A stretch of DNA of 64,000 bases from Candidatus Hadarchaeales archaeon (lineage in GTDB: Archaea > Hadarchaeota > Hadarchaeia > Hadarchaeales > Hadarchaeaceae). Positions 34,101 to 41,747 of this stretch are shown here, one piece after another. The stretch lies in NCBI GenBank assembly GCA_038872135.1, contig JAVZGN010000002.1, forward strand, positions 49,031 to 113,030, given 5' to 3'. The notes below the pieces were generated by a model. It ran no database searches. It saw only the letters and a program-made list of their open reading frames with translations, and was not told the DNA's origin. Positions within the stretch are counted from its first letter, which is position 1, and every line of letters starts with the position of its first letter. A program made the position numbers and the translations under genes.

Positions 34101-36727
34101 TCGACTGCAGCCCGCCACTCCCCCCATCTCTTATCTCCCCAATGCCTGGCGAAAATGTTGGTAGCTCGACTCCAACCTTCTCTTGGGCGGCCCCATTCGA
34201 AAACTCAACCCCGATAAAATACTATCTTTCCATCAGCGATAATGAAGACTTCCCATACGAGAACGAAAACTCTGGATGGATCTCCTCAACTTCTTGGATA
34301 GTACAATCTCCTCTCTCAGACGGCATCTGGTACTGGAGGGTGAAGGCAAGAGACAACGCCGGCAACGAGGGAGCATTCTCTACACCCAGAAAGTTCAGGG
34401 TTGATACGCTTCCACCCGAGAATGTTTCTCTGCTGGAGCCGGAAAATGGCACGACGGTAGGTGATAACACTCCACTGCTGAAGTGGTCTAGTGCGGTAGA
34501 CAACTCCCTTCCGGTAAAGTATGTTGTGGTTGTAGCTCGCGACCCCGCCTTCGCAGATAATGTCATCTCCTCTCCTTGGCTCGACAATGAAAATTGGGAA
34601 ATCCCACTGGGGCTCTTGGACAACACATACTATTGGAAGGTGAGGGCGAGAGATAACGCAGGAAACATCTTTGAAACGCCATCTTGGTGGTTCATCGTTG
34701 AAAATGCCTCGCCCTTCATGCCACAGCTCGTCAGGCCTGCAAACGGAGCATGGGAAAACGACAACACCCCGACCTTCAAATGGGAAAACGCATGGGACAT
34801 TTCACAACCAGTGGAATATTTTGTGTGGCTCTCCACCGACAACCTCTTTGAAAACATTGTACTCACCAGTGGCTGGGTGGAGAACGAGAACTGGACGGTT
34901 CCGGCGGAAAATTCCCTCTCGGATAATGTAAAATATTACTGGAGGGTTCAGGCAAAAGACAACACCGGAAAGCTCAGCGAGAATTCTGAGACATGGTGGT
35001 TCATCGTCGACGTGGTGGTTCCGCCAAGGATAAACCTCTGGTCGCCGCCTAACGACGCCGTCTTCGAGAAGCTCACGATCACCTTCACTTGGGAAAGTGT
35101 GACCGATAATTCTGGAGTAACCTATCACATAGAAATAGATAATGAGCCCAGCTTCTCTAGCCCACTTGTGGATAGTAGATATACCACCAACGCCGTCCTG
35201 CCAAGTTACACCTTCCAAAAAACAGGGTGGTACTACTGGAGGGTAAGGACGATAGACGGAGCTGGAAATATCGGTGAATGGTCGGACAACTGGGTGATTT
35301 TGATTGGTAGATGGACTTTTCTAGAGCGCTGGAACGAGATAACAATCATTAGCCAGCCCACGGCGTGGAAATGGATAGAATCATGGGGATTAACTATAAA
35401 GGCTCCAAGCGGCTGGACCTTGGTCGAGAGCTGGCAGGCCACAGCCGTCGGAGCAATCCGATGGAGAGTTGCCGAAAGCTGGTCACTGAGCATTAGGACT
35501 AGGCCCTACTACTGGACTAAGGTTGAGGCATGGGAGAATGTGGCAACATTGAGAGGATACCCGATTCCAGTTTGGAGATTTGCTGAAAACTGGGGAGGGA
35601 TATCAATCATTTCTCTCCCACGTGAATTTAGATTTGTTGAAACTTTCAATGCTCAGATAAGGGCTCCGGCGGAAATAATTGACTTCCTCACCGCCATTGA
35701 GCGGCCACCGCCAAAGTGGGAGGAAATAGAGAAGATGCATGCGACCTTTAGGGCAAAAGAGCCGCTGCCAGGAATCCCTGTGACCGTCGGAAGGGTGATG
35801 CCCGGAACTACTTCAACGGCAGATTTTTCCGCCTTCGACATCCCAGTGATCAAGATTGAAATAACTCTTAAGCCAGACGCCCCTGCCACAGAGATCGCTC
35901 CGATCGTCCTCTCAGCCAAGGCCGTTGACAACATCCCAGGAATATCTGGTCCTCCGGGCGAAACATACAAATTCTTGGAATTTGGTGTGGATGGGATACC
36001 ACCGGAATACATTCAGAACTTCAGGGTGCGGTTCAGGGTTGAAAAGAGGTGGCTTCTCGGGATGGATGAGAAAACTCTCGAGGTGGTGAGGCTGAGCGGC
36101 AATTGGGTGCGAGTACCTTTTGAACTAATTAGCTCAACTGAAGATTACAACATATATGAAATGGCTGGCGATGTCTATTCGACCTTTGCGATAATAGCGC
36201 AGAAAAAGACGCTACCACTTCAAGCCCCGCCGGTCGTCTTGATTCCAACTGGAGAAGCCCCATCCCCAAGTCCCATTGGATTATTTGTGCTTCTCGGCAT
36301 AGGCGGGATAGCAGTGGGGCTGATGTTCTATCGTTCTGTCGCGAAAATAAGAATTGGCGGACTTGAGAAAGAGCTTGAGAAGCTCCAAAAGGCGCCTCCG
36401 ACAAAAAAGGTGGCGGTGAGAGGTGTAAGGATAACGCTTCCCAAAGTGGAAAAAATGGAGATTAAGAGGATTGCCAGAGCGATTTGGGGTCCACCGCCAA
36501 TCCCGAGAGTTCCTCCGCCTGAAAGACGCCTGGCCCCGCCAGAAATCGCGGCTGTGGAAACTCTCGAGAAGTTCATCGCTGAAAGGAGAAAGAAGGCGCC
36601 GAAAATAGCGGTTGAAAAAATTGAAGAGGTGAGAAAAAAGCTGAGCAAGGAGGAGATTGAGGTTTTCAAGACCCTAGAAAAATTTGTTGGAAAGAGAAGG
36701 AAAGCCATGAAAAGAGGAGGTGGATGA
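25142..36727 (+). CDS. Giant membrane-anchored surface protein: signal peptide, about 21 FnIII/Ig-like modules, five Trp-rich repeat blocks, PGF-pre-PGF-like domain, TM helix, basic cytoplasmic tail; true start may be nearer 25301
   Basis: Uninterrupted 3861-aa ORF; hydrophobic MVILILLSTFSPMLHLPLASA; recurring P.L.sP...P.f.W...Y.WrV.A.DnaGN modules; FRVEKRWL...YSTFAI; IGLFVLLGIGGIAVGLMFY. Confidence 0.9.
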   Translation: MVATIGKFRDGDWPPANYSGTVEDRRGAHSPQSRITNAKLNDVPLSEKALSISMVILILLSTFSPMLHLPLASAGSLVDNSTENFALGVHENTENIANRIRLKSGYTSGQFTSQIFDAGVWAHWETMNWVENEPFLLIQENDDVGAEPETLADGSLRRGEILGGSITDVRVLDGVYENIGENTEDNCLNWEHKIENITFGFENYVLKIRGYTGGDYENVGIYIWENQGATWGWRFIDNLTSTEKTIEWTIPRTSIENYLVSGAILIRYFENNTDATQTWVVVDLCILSGENRIFSEVKIQVRVSSDNVVWTGWAGPSGDDTTFFTSSPANLTPILDRRYIQYRVYFTSPSPSLSGGDGPTFGEVVINYSPVSPPSLQSPSNGSWTNDNTPTFDWSDVEDATEYHLLVDNDSNFSSPEINVLVASSQFTSATELPDATYYWKVRAKVGSDLSTAFSAPWTVNIATAPPTPPSLISPDNDVTLFVDQPLFRWTISTGVGAITYWLVIDNDQDFSSPIYNKTGISENSHVIENKLPENFTPYYWKVAAVDNIGNLSWSEWRKFELKVFPSSVVGQISPYWQTAPVSISVTASDNDGTIENVELWYRYSVDNSEWGPWTFYENRSSPPYSFTFNFPNGQGLYEFYSIAWDSRGNRENTPPTPDTACGFDNAAPPAPTLIQPENDAVIETRKPTFRWTSVTDLSGVTYNLIVDNENTLAPPHIYFKTGITENSHTTENSLDIGVYWWKIVARDAVGNENSENVFIFTLRLWNNVERWSGVIKTISGWMTAEVWSVTINAPYGVYGYLLVEEWSAVVNAPPPVFTIVESWTTTVASEISEWKVVESWTASIGSGGGWMLAESWMSTVTALPHIGWSQVETWSFTAVTLARWELVEGWNASITAAAYLGWPQVEMWSVTVDALPYVEWVQAEIWAETLTTSAQWFVCESFAADIVANVVSGWTFVETWTPTLTSVVLSGWTLDESWIATITAEILQPVLLLPLDGENTNNTNPTFDWEDNTLPIDNFEIQIDDDQDFSPPLVRWENTGATSQYSPGFLPDNLYWWRVRMWRGGVPGAWAQRTVRVDTLPPEKPSLLSPLDGENENDSAPNLRWSAPPENSFPLTYFVQISNSKYFEPENIATSAWVMEENWEVPPVLQENVWYWWRVLVKDNAGNTGDYSSARKFKIDTIAPPPPTVIWPENDGWTTTLPNLDWAPVVENSLPVVYFGEISLFPDFSGSPLRTISTLDDNWSVSPELSEGTYFWRLKVRDNAGNLGSWSQGFVFKVDNTPPTAPQPPFTPPNNGSAPTGLVQFQWAAASDSGSGVAKYAIQIDDEPNFNPPLVHENDNVVGTAYSCLLEFPKTYYWKVKAIDNVGNEGEWSETLSFFATTVWRSIESWTGTIATSAAYQQAESWVATIITVAQWTPIEFCVGTIATSASWKSVESWTATITTTATWQFTETWSGIIATAAAWRFAETWAGTIATAAQWQLVESWQVTITTSAQWQVVESWTGTITTSASWQQVESWTATIATAAVWQVVESWICTIKVGGEWKLAESWSVNIAPPADWNYIETWAAKIIAIIPAPIPVSPRNGENKNTLPTLRWDNLLPADNFQLQIDNNPDFSSPENDLTVFENFYTPPALQDNLWYWRVRTFRNNENSAWSTVWKFRIDRLAPGKPVLVSPSDGENINDNTPLFRWQAPPENSFPLVYTIQISTTSTFAPGTYNEFAVTSYEQEVGWMVPQENPLADNIYYWRVKARDNAGNEGAFSTPRKFRVDTVSPVITLISPANGETVSSRPTLSWSLVYAENTLPVVYNALISDTSTFEFSYENVKITENSYTTQPLDESVGTYYWKVCAWDNAGNWSGWSETRWFTVRTAWRQAESWNLMLTTSSQWNLAESWSAAATTSAEWRQVEAWGTVLSTTAKWSQVETWQATMVASASWQQVDGWAVTLITAANWLLAETWQGIATTTAKWFSTESWTGAVATVSIWQTIENWWAMVTAPVYHGWINAESWSGYVSSGGGWVPAEFWSATIEGWAFWKIVESWSDTINASAGWKTTETWQVQIYSPIPAPVLIFPPDGYNFSPSVGELVLKWDNSQPADNFEIQIDNDFDFSSPEVDDFTSTENFVVPSLPDNLYWWRVRTFRTGENSQWSEVWRFRIDNIPPAVPSLLAPSEGENINDNTPLLRWQAPPENSFPLRYRVQVATDKFFTNIVREALWTVTAENWEIPAENSLPDNMYYWRVAAKDNAGNYSMFSSYRSFRVDTLKPAVPSLTSPPHGAWIAFPSLTWSKVTDISLPLLYNLQIAYDNDFSHLVVNVELLDNSWSGPLDEGLYWWKVQAKDGAGNLSGWSENRKFIVDNAPPTKPVLSTPENSTDVNIGTITFGWQASDPGAGISKYWIQIDNEPDFDNTFFVHENQMVTENTYQYIISVSGRYYWRVRAIDGAGNIGEWSDNWNFFVYGWSSIESWMAMISGPSQWRNVESWNATIKTRAYIWEKLENWSASIQAPFLAGWSFVESWQVEFISVTVSWRGVESWRAIITGRVIAPVLLSPSNGLNTSQNPLTFRWENVHLADNYRIQIDNKSPVVAYENDNVGAEPETLVDGSLRRGEILGGSITDVMVLDGVYENIGENTEDNCLNWEHKIENITSGFENYVLKIKGYTEGDNENIFVYIWENDFGTWRWREIGTITSNETTIVWEMKYTNIEKYLMDGSIYVRYLENTPDLVQTVLHIDLCVLMENLENLTPPFLVDATSTDNFYTYTFPENGRYWWRVMAMVQGIVGDWSNIWTVRADTVAPQPPILISPIHHENVNDTTPLLRWQAPPENSLPVKFFVQVATDPTFNTIIRENWVVGEQWEVYPPLQENVYYWMVLAVDNAGNSSPPSPTWEFRVDITSPATPEPKAPRDGENLNDNTPELVWTSVWDDSRPVVYRIQVAYDEAFQFMVPGCDVYVYENTWTTPELPSERVYRWRVKAIDNAGNESGWSPTQRFRFDCSPPLPPSLISPMPGENVGSSTPTFSWAAPFENSTPIKYYLSISDNEDFPYENENSGWISSTSWIVQSPLSDGIWYWRVKARDNAGNEGAFSTPRKFRVDTLPPENVSLLEPENGTTVGDNTPLLKWSSAVDNSLPVKYVVVVARDPAFADNVISSPWLDNENWEIPLGLLDNTYYWKVRARDNAGNIFETPSWWFIVENASPFMPQLVRPANGAWENDNTPTFKWENAWDISQPVEYFVWLSTDNLFENIVLTSGWVENENWTVPAENSLSDNVKYYWRVQAKDNTGKLSENSETWWFIVDVVVPPRINLWSPPNDAVFEKLTITFTWESVTDNSGVTYHIEIDNEPSFSSPLVDSRYTTNAVLPSYTFQKTGWYYWRVRTIDGAGNIGEWSDNWVILIGRWTFLERWNEITIISQPTAWKWIESWGLTIKAPSGWTLVESWQATAVGAIRWRVAESWSLSIRTRPYYWTKVEAWENVATLRGYPIPVWRFAENWGGISIISLPREFRFVETFNAQIRAPAEIIDFLTAIERPPPKWEEIEKMHATFRAKEPLPGIPVTVGRVMPGTTSTADFSAFDIPVIKIEITLKPDAPATEIAPIVLSAKAVDNIPGISGPPGETYKFLEFGVDGIPPEYIQNFRVRFRVEKRWLLGMDEKTLEVVRLSGNWVRVPFELISSTEDYNIYEMAGDVYSTFAIIAQKKTLPLQAPPVVLIPTGEAPSPSPIGLFVLLGIGGIAVGLMFYRSVAKIRIGGLEKELEKLQKAPPTKKVAVRGVRITLPKVEKMEIKRIARAIWGPPPIPRVPPPERRLAPPEIAAVETLEKFIAERRKKAPKIAVEKIEEVRKKLSKEEIEVFKTLEKFVGKRRKAMKRGGG
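25559..25819 (+). repeat. 261-bp intragenic direct repeat, copy 1 (copy 2 at 32894-33154)
   Basis: Both encode END.VGAEPETL.DGSLRRGEILGGSITDV.VLDGVYENIGENTEDNCLNWEHKIENIT; long identical DNA stretches. Confidence 0.92.
27437..28100 (+). repeat. Trp-rich repeat block 1 (about 13 units of W-x3-E-x-W-x-x-T-I)
   Basis: e.g. WKVVESWTASI, WMLAESWMSTV, WSQVETWSFTA. Confidence 0.85.
29294..29865 (+). repeat. Trp-rich repeat block 2 (12 units, 16-aa period)
   Basis: WQLVESWQVTITTSAQ WQVVESWTGTITTSAS WQQVESWTATIATAAV. Confidence 0.9.
30755..31330 (+). repeat. Trp-rich repeat block 3 (12 units)
   Basis: WRQAESWNLMLTTSSQ WNLAESWSAAATTSAE WRQVEAWGTVLSTTAK. Confidence 0.88.
32510..32760 (+). repeat. Trp-rich repeat block 4 (5 units)
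   Basis: WSSIESW, WRNVESW, WEKLENW, WSFVESW, WRGVESW. Confidence 0.85.
32894..33154 (+). repeat. 261-bp intragenic direct repeat, copy 2
   Basis: Colinear and ungapped with 25559-25819. Confidence 0.92.
35312..35670 (+). repeat. Trp-rich repeat block 5 (about 7 units)
   Basis: WTFLERW, WKWIESW, WTLVESW, WRVAESW, WTKVEAW, WRFAENW, FRFVETF. Confidence 0.82.
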
Positions 36728-37370
36728 GGTGGAGCCAGAATTTCGCCTGACGAGGGCGGGAAAAATTAAATGGAAGCTGAAGAAAAACTGGAAAGTTATC
36801 GCGGCAATTATTCTATCTATATCAATAGCGGTGGGAGTTTATCTCTCAACCCTCCAGCCATCCAAGATTTCCAGAAGAGCTAAGATTACTGCTCCCTATG
36901 TTGAATTTGAAAGTAGAAGGGGGTTCTTTGCCGTGCGTAAATACCAGGAGTCTGGAATCGAAAACATTTACATCGTTAAATTTCCCAATTTTGACCCGAC
37001 CAGGGATGCGATGTCTCAGCTGGAAAATGTTGATGCAATCATTTCGAGTAGCGGGCAAACTGTGGATGTTTCGGACAATGCCCTTTTTGCTATAGTTGTG
37101 GCCGTTAGAGCAAAGGCTCCAGACAACATCGCATATGTGGTCAAAGAGAATATGTGGGTCTGGCTCGGGGCTAGTGGAGCATTCACCATCCCGAACTCTC
37201 TGGCTCCAGACTGGAAAGAATATGTTTTTGAGAGTTCTGGATATGGAACTGCGAATGGTTACATGAGAGTAAATGTGATCTGGGACAACGATGGCGAGGG
37301 ATATATACTGTACGCAGGGCAACATCTCTTCATAGACAACATCGTCTTGAAATTTTTCAGTCCAAGATAG
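36720..37370 (+). CDS. Uncharacterised single-pass membrane protein, paralog of 50465-51061
   Basis: Basic N-terminus, TM VIAAIILSISIAVGVYL, beta-rich ectodomain; start overlaps the giant gene's stop. Confidence 0.82.
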   Translation: MDEVEPEFRLTRAGKIKWKLKKNWKVIAAIILSISIAVGVYLSTLQPSKISRRAKITAPYVEFESRRGFFAVRKYQESGIENIYIVKFPNFDPTRDAMSQLENVDAIISSSGQTVDVSDNALFAIVVAVRAKAPDNIAYVVKENMWVWLGASGAFTIPNSLAPDWKEYVFESSGYGTANGYMRVNVIWDNDGEGYILYAGQHLFIDNIVLKFFSPR

Positions 37371-37418
37371 AAATTTCATAGCTTATAACCTCGGCCGCAA
37401 TTAGAAAAGTGAGATAAC

Positions 37419-38216
37419 TTGGCGGACCGAAAGATGAAACAACCTTCAATACCTGAACTTTTGAGACCGAAGCGAGAAAGGGGAATAGAAATAAAACCGA
37501 AACATGGGAGAGTGGTTGGGCTTTTTTCCTGCAAGGGAGGTGTTGGAAAGACTACCACCACGGCAAATCTCAGTCTCGCCCTTTTGGAAAAACTTGGAAC
37601 GAATATCTTGGCTTTCGACGCAAACATCGGTGCCCCTAACCTTGGACTGCATTTTGGCGAGCTAACTCCAAAAATAACAGTTCATGATGTCATCTCCGCG
37701 GAGCTTCCGGTGGAAAATGCTATTCTCACAGTTCAGGGGTTGAAGATGATTTTGGGATCGATAGCCTTTGAAGATGAAGTTCACCTGGTAGATCTCAGGG
37801 AGCTGATAAACCCCTTGAGAAAGATGTTCAAACTTGTCATCGTCGACTCTGCCCCGGGGATAGGAAGCGAGGTGGTCGCCGCCCTGAAGGCCTGTGACGA
37901 GATAATAATTGTCACGGACCCATATGTCCCAACGATCGCAAGCACATTGAAGACATTTCGGGCAGCAGAAAAATATAAGGTTCCAATCTTCGGTGTTGTT
38001 GTGAACAGGGTGGCGGGGGACCCGTTTGAGCTTCCGATCAAAGAAATAAGAAAGGCATTAGGGTGGCCTGTGGTGGCGGTGGTCCCGGAAGACAAGAAAG
38101 TGAGGGAAGCAACTGCTGCCGGCATCCCTGTAGTAAAATATGCGCCGAAGTCGCCGGCCGCCAAAGAGTTTGTTATGCTGGCGAACACTGTGTATGAACA
38201 TCTCAGAAAGGGGTAG
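37419..38216 (+). CDS. minD: MinD/ParA-family ATPase
   Basis: Deviant Walker A KGGVGKTTT, DANIGAPNL, IVDSAPG, VPED..VREA...G.PVV. Confidence 0.88.
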   Translation: MADRKMKQPSIPELLRPKRERGIEIKPKHGRVVGLFSCKGGVGKTTTTANLSLALLEKLGTNILAFDANIGAPNLGLHFGELTPKITVHDVISAELPVENAILTVQGLKMILGSIAFEDEVHLVDLRELINPLRKMFKLVIVDSAPGIGSEVVAALKACDEIIIVTDPYVPTIASTLKTFRAAEKYKVPIFGVVVNRVAGDPFELPIKEIRKALGWPVVAVVPEDKKVREATAAGIPVVKYAPKSPAAKEFVMLANTVYEHLRKG

Positions 38217-38222
38217 CCGGCG

Positions 38223-39533
38223 TCACATGAACTCAAGGATTTTCTTCTGTGCTATTTCCTCTCTGATGAGCCTGCTGGCTGAAACCCACCTCTCCAGCGG
38301 CAATGTCAGCTTTTGAACAGCGTAATTTAAGGCCTCGCGAAATGTCGGAAAAGTCGAAGGCTGTGTGCGGAGCATTGCCCTGACAGACTCCCTTGTGAAC
38401 CAAACGCCAAGAGGCAGGAGAAACCCAGGGTGAATTTCTCTGATGACAAGCGCTCCTGCCTGCCTTTTTTCCTCCCTCAGCTTTTCTGCCACCGCCAACC
38501 TGCATGCATAGTAACACCCCCCTATCTCTGGGTAGGTTGTCCTCCCCTGATATGGTTCCCAGTCGCCCATGACGGCAGGTGAAGTGGCTGATCTCTGGTT
38601 CCAAGTGGTGTTTGGAAACCATGCTTCAATCCACTCAAACCTCCAATTTTCTGGCATCAGGATGGCCGCAAAGAGATTATTCATTCTCTGAAAGGTATAT
38701 ACTCTGAACTCGTTTATCGATGGAAATTGCTTTATTTCATCTATTAGTCTCTGTGAAATTATAGAATCCACAGCAGTTATGCTCCAGCGGGTGGGCACCA
38801 GCCTCCTTCTGTTCCCCTCTCCAAACATTCCAAGGCTGAACGCTTTTTGGATTTTGGAAACCATGGTACCTAAGTTGTAAAGCTCTAGAACAGCGTCTGC
38901 GGCCTTTAAATCCTTATCATAAAATGCTTTCTCTATTCTTGGGTCTGCTTTGATGTTTGTGGCGGAAAAACTCTTGAGTGGTGCCGATGGGCCAAAGGGC
39001 TGAACATCGTCACTGAAAATCAATCGGGGTGAAGGAATTTTTTCCAAAACTACCTCGGCGTCAATTGGGTGTTTTCCCATCGCCAGCTCCTGAAGGGCTT
39101 CAATATTTTTCCCACTGTTTGCTGCCTCATGGACATCAGCAGTAACTTTCCCCCTGATCAAGGAATACCTGAAATCGACAATCTCTTGGATTGTCTTGTC
39201 TCCCCATGCTTCCGGAGTATCGAGAATTTCTGTATCGCCGCGAAATGGGGGAACCATTGGCCCAACGCTCACCCTTGGATAGCCTATCCTTCCCACAAAA
39301 ACTGCTGGTGGACTTGAACCAAAGATGTAAGCTGATGTTATGAGGGGTTTTACTTTCGCGAGCGATTGGGCCCTTATGAGAACTGGACATCTCCGCCTGC
39401 CGCAGAGCATCCTGCTTCCCCTGCAGATGATGCAGAGGTTTTGTTGAGTAGCCCTTCCCGGGTACCTGCTTTGAATTGAAAGTTCTCTCAAAAAATTGTC
39501 GGGAACTATTCCTCTAAGCCACTCTGTTGCCAT
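38223..39533 (-). CDS. nreA: Nre-family DNA repair protein
   Basis: LCIICRGSRMLCGRRRCP, GSSPPAVFVGRIGYP, LVPTRWSITAVD, GGCYYA; C-terminal PIP box QKKILEFM. Confidence 0.9.
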   Translation of the reverse strand: MATEWLRGIVPDNFLRELSIQSRYPGRATQQNLCIICRGSRMLCGRRRCPVLIRAQSLAKVKPLITSAYIFGSSPPAVFVGRIGYPRVSVGPMVPPFRGDTEILDTPEAWGDKTIQEIVDFRYSLIRGKVTADVHEAANSGKNIEALQELAMGKHPIDAEVVLEKIPSPRLIFSDDVQPFGPSAPLKSFSATNIKADPRIEKAFYDKDLKAADAVLELYNLGTMVSKIQKAFSLGMFGEGNRRRLVPTRWSITAVDSIISQRLIDEIKQFPSINEFRVYTFQRMNNLFAAILMPENWRFEWIEAWFPNTTWNQRSATSPAVMGDWEPYQGRTTYPEIGGCYYACRLAVAEKLREEKRQAGALVIREIHPGFLLPLGVWFTRESVRAMLRTQPSTFPTFREALNYAVQKLTLPLERWVSASRLIREEIAQKKILEFM

Positions 39534-39610
39534 CGGATAACCATTCCTTTTAGAGAAATAAAGTTGGAGGTTCCCAAATGGTTTAATGTTTACAAACGAT
39601 GGAAGTTTGT

Positions 39611-40588
39611 ATGGAATATGATTTTGAAGAAGAGCGAGTGAAAAAATTTCTGAGAGAGAATAGTGCGAAAAAAGCAGCGGTGCAGTTGCCATCTGGGCTG
39701 AAAAGTTACTGGAGAGAGATAGCAGAGACATTTCATTCTGCTGGCGTTGAGCCGGTTTTGATGGATAGCTGCTACGGGGGGTGTGATATCGCAGATGCCG
39801 CGGCAAAACAGATGGGGTGTGATGTTCTTGTCCACTATGGTCACGCGGATATCGGACTAAAGGCGTCTCTCCCAACGCTGTACATAGAGGCGAGAGTGGT
39901 TGGATGCGATATGGGTGGTGTAAGGAGCCTGCTGGAAAAAATGAATGGAGAGAAAGTGGGACTTCTGACCACAGTTCAATTCATCGATTACCTCGACACC
40001 GTGAAAAAGATCGGCCGAGAATGTGGTGTTGAATTGCTTATCGGCGCCCCTGGATCCAGAACAAAATATCCTGGGCAGATCCTCGGATGCGACTTCAGCT
40101 CCGCTAGGAACTTGAAGGAAGAAGTGGGGGTCTACCTTTACATGGGGACCGGGGAGTTCCACCCACTTGGCGTCTCTATTGCAACAGGGAAAAAAGTCGT
40201 GGCGTTTGATCCAATATCTTCAGCTACAAAAGAAATCACCGGAGAAGAGTTTCTGAGAAAAAGAAAAGCGACGATCACCATGGCTGCGATGGGGGAAAAG
40301 TTTGGTGTTGTCACCAGCACAAAACCTGGCCAATGGAGAATCGCAACAGCCAGAAGGGCTGTGGAGCAGCTGAGGAAAAGCGGAAAGCTGGCGGAGCTCC
40401 TTGTGGTGGATGAAATCACCCCCGAGACCGTGGGAGATTATCGCTTCGACTGCCTCGTCTGCGCCGCATGCCCCAGAATTCCGATAGACGACCAAGACAG
40501 GTTTGAGGTGCCCATCATCACTCCCTGGGAAATGAAGGTAATGCTGGGACAGGCACAATTTTCACCCTACCAAATGGATGAGCTTTAG
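39611..40588 (+). CDS. dph2: Diphthamide biosynthesis enzyme Dph2
   Basis: QLPSGLK, CYGGCD, HYGH, GQILGC, ACPRIPIDD. Confidence 0.93.
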   Translation: MEYDFEEERVKKFLRENSAKKAAVQLPSGLKSYWREIAETFHSAGVEPVLMDSCYGGCDIADAAAKQMGCDVLVHYGHADIGLKASLPTLYIEARVVGCDMGGVRSLLEKMNGEKVGLLTTVQFIDYLDTVKKIGRECGVELLIGAPGSRTKYPGQILGCDFSSARNLKEEVGVYLYMGTGEFHPLGVSIATGKKVVAFDPISSATKEITGEEFLRKRKATITMAAMGEKFGVVTSTKPGQWRIATARRAVEQLRKSGKLAELLVVDEITPETVGDYRFDCLVCAACPRIPIDDQDRFEVPIITPWEMKVMLGQAQFSPYQMDEL

Positions 40589-40633
40589 AGGATTGGGAGC
40601 TAAAAGGATTTAATACCTAACTGTTGAGGGGAA

Positions 40634-41221
40634 TTGGTCTATATGGTAGAGGTGAAAACTGGCGACCTGGTTCTGCCCGGAGATCTTCTGGCCACTGTCG
40701 AAGAGTTTGTTCCGGGAGAGGGCGTTTACGAAGAGGATGGAAAAATCTACTCTGGAGTTGTGGGGATGGTCCTGATAGACATGAGAGCAAAGAAAATCTC
40801 CGTTTTTGTGGGACAGAATGCTCCCCCAGTTTTGAAAACTGGAGACATAGTGATCGGCAGGATCGATGAGGTAAGAGATCAGTTTGCCTCCGTTTTCCTT
40901 GTTGCGATGAGGGGAAAAGAAAACCGGGAACTTCCGGCACCAAAAACCGGAATAATCCACATCTCCAAGGCCCACACAACATATGTGAGAGACCTCGGGA
41001 GACTATTCAGGCCGGGGGATGTCATCAGGGCAAAAGTGGTGGGAGTTCAGCGGGAAAATATTCAGCTCACGACTGCCGAGCGAGACCTTGGCGTTCTCGT
41101 GGCGTTGTGCTCTAGATGCAGAGACATTCTGAAGCGGGAGGGAGGGAAGCTCGTCTGCCCCAACTGCGGTAGCGTTGAGAGCAGGAAGATTGCTGCAGAT
41201 TACAGGCAGGGGATGATTTAA
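40634..41221 (+). CDS. csl4: Exosome RNA-binding subunit Csl4
   Basis: VLPGD.L...EE..PGEG, S1 domain, C-terminal zinc ribbon CSRC...CPNCG..ESRKIA. Confidence 0.93.
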   Translation: MVYMVEVKTGDLVLPGDLLATVEEFVPGEGVYEEDGKIYSGVVGMVLIDMRAKKISVFVGQNAPPVLKTGDIVIGRIDEVRDQFASVFLVAMRGKENRELPAPKTGIIHISKAHTTYVRDLGRLFRPGDVIRAKVVGVQRENIQLTTAERDLGVLVALCSRCRDILKREGGKLVCPNCGSVESRKIAADYRQGMI

Positions 41222-41235
41222 CGGTAAACAGAAAG

Positions 41236-41427
41236 GTGGAGATCAAGATTTCTGGATCAAAGGAACTTCTGGAGATGGTGAAAGTTTTGCAGGCTCTGAA
41301 TGTGAATTTAGACGCGGAGTTCAAGGAAGGGAGAATGGAAGTTATTCTCCACGGCAAGAAGGAAAAGATAAATGAATCGCTGGAAAAGTTAAAGAAGCTT
41401 CAGCGGGGAATTAAGAAAGGGGTGTAA
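41236..41427 (+). CDS. Small hypothetical protein between csl4 and rpoL
   Basis: 63-aa ORF filling the operon gap; K/E-rich. Confidence 0.6.
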   Translation: MEIKISGSKELLEMVKVLQALNVNLDAEFKEGRMEVILHGKKEKINESLEKLKKLQRGIKKGV

Positions 41428-41430
41428 AAG

Positions 41431-41709
41431 ATGGAAGTCGAAATTCTGGAAAAAGAAAAGGACAGCCGCCTGCTCGGGATAACAGGTGAGGACCACACCC
41501 TAGCCAACCTCCTCAGGATAAAGCTTAATGAGGAGAAGGATGTGGCTGCATCATACACAATGGATCACCCACTTTTGGGAAAGATAAAATTCTATGTGAG
41601 GAGTGAAGAGAGAAATCCGGATAAAGTTGTCATGGAAGCATGCGATAAAATTGTGATGGAGATCGAGGAGTTCAGAGATAATTTTGAGAAGGCCCTTAAA
41701 AAGAAATAG
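41431..41709 (+). CDS. rpoL: RNA polymerase subunit L (Rpo11)
   Basis: GEDHTLANLL...ASYTMDHPL. Confidence 0.95.
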   Translation: MEVEILEKEKDSRLLGITGEDHTLANLLRIKLNEEKDVAASYTMDHPLLGKIKFYVRSEERNPDKVVMEACDKIVMEIEEFRDNFEKALKKK

Positions 41710-41747
41710 GATTTTATCTTCCCGGAAATCTTTAATTCAGGATCAAG

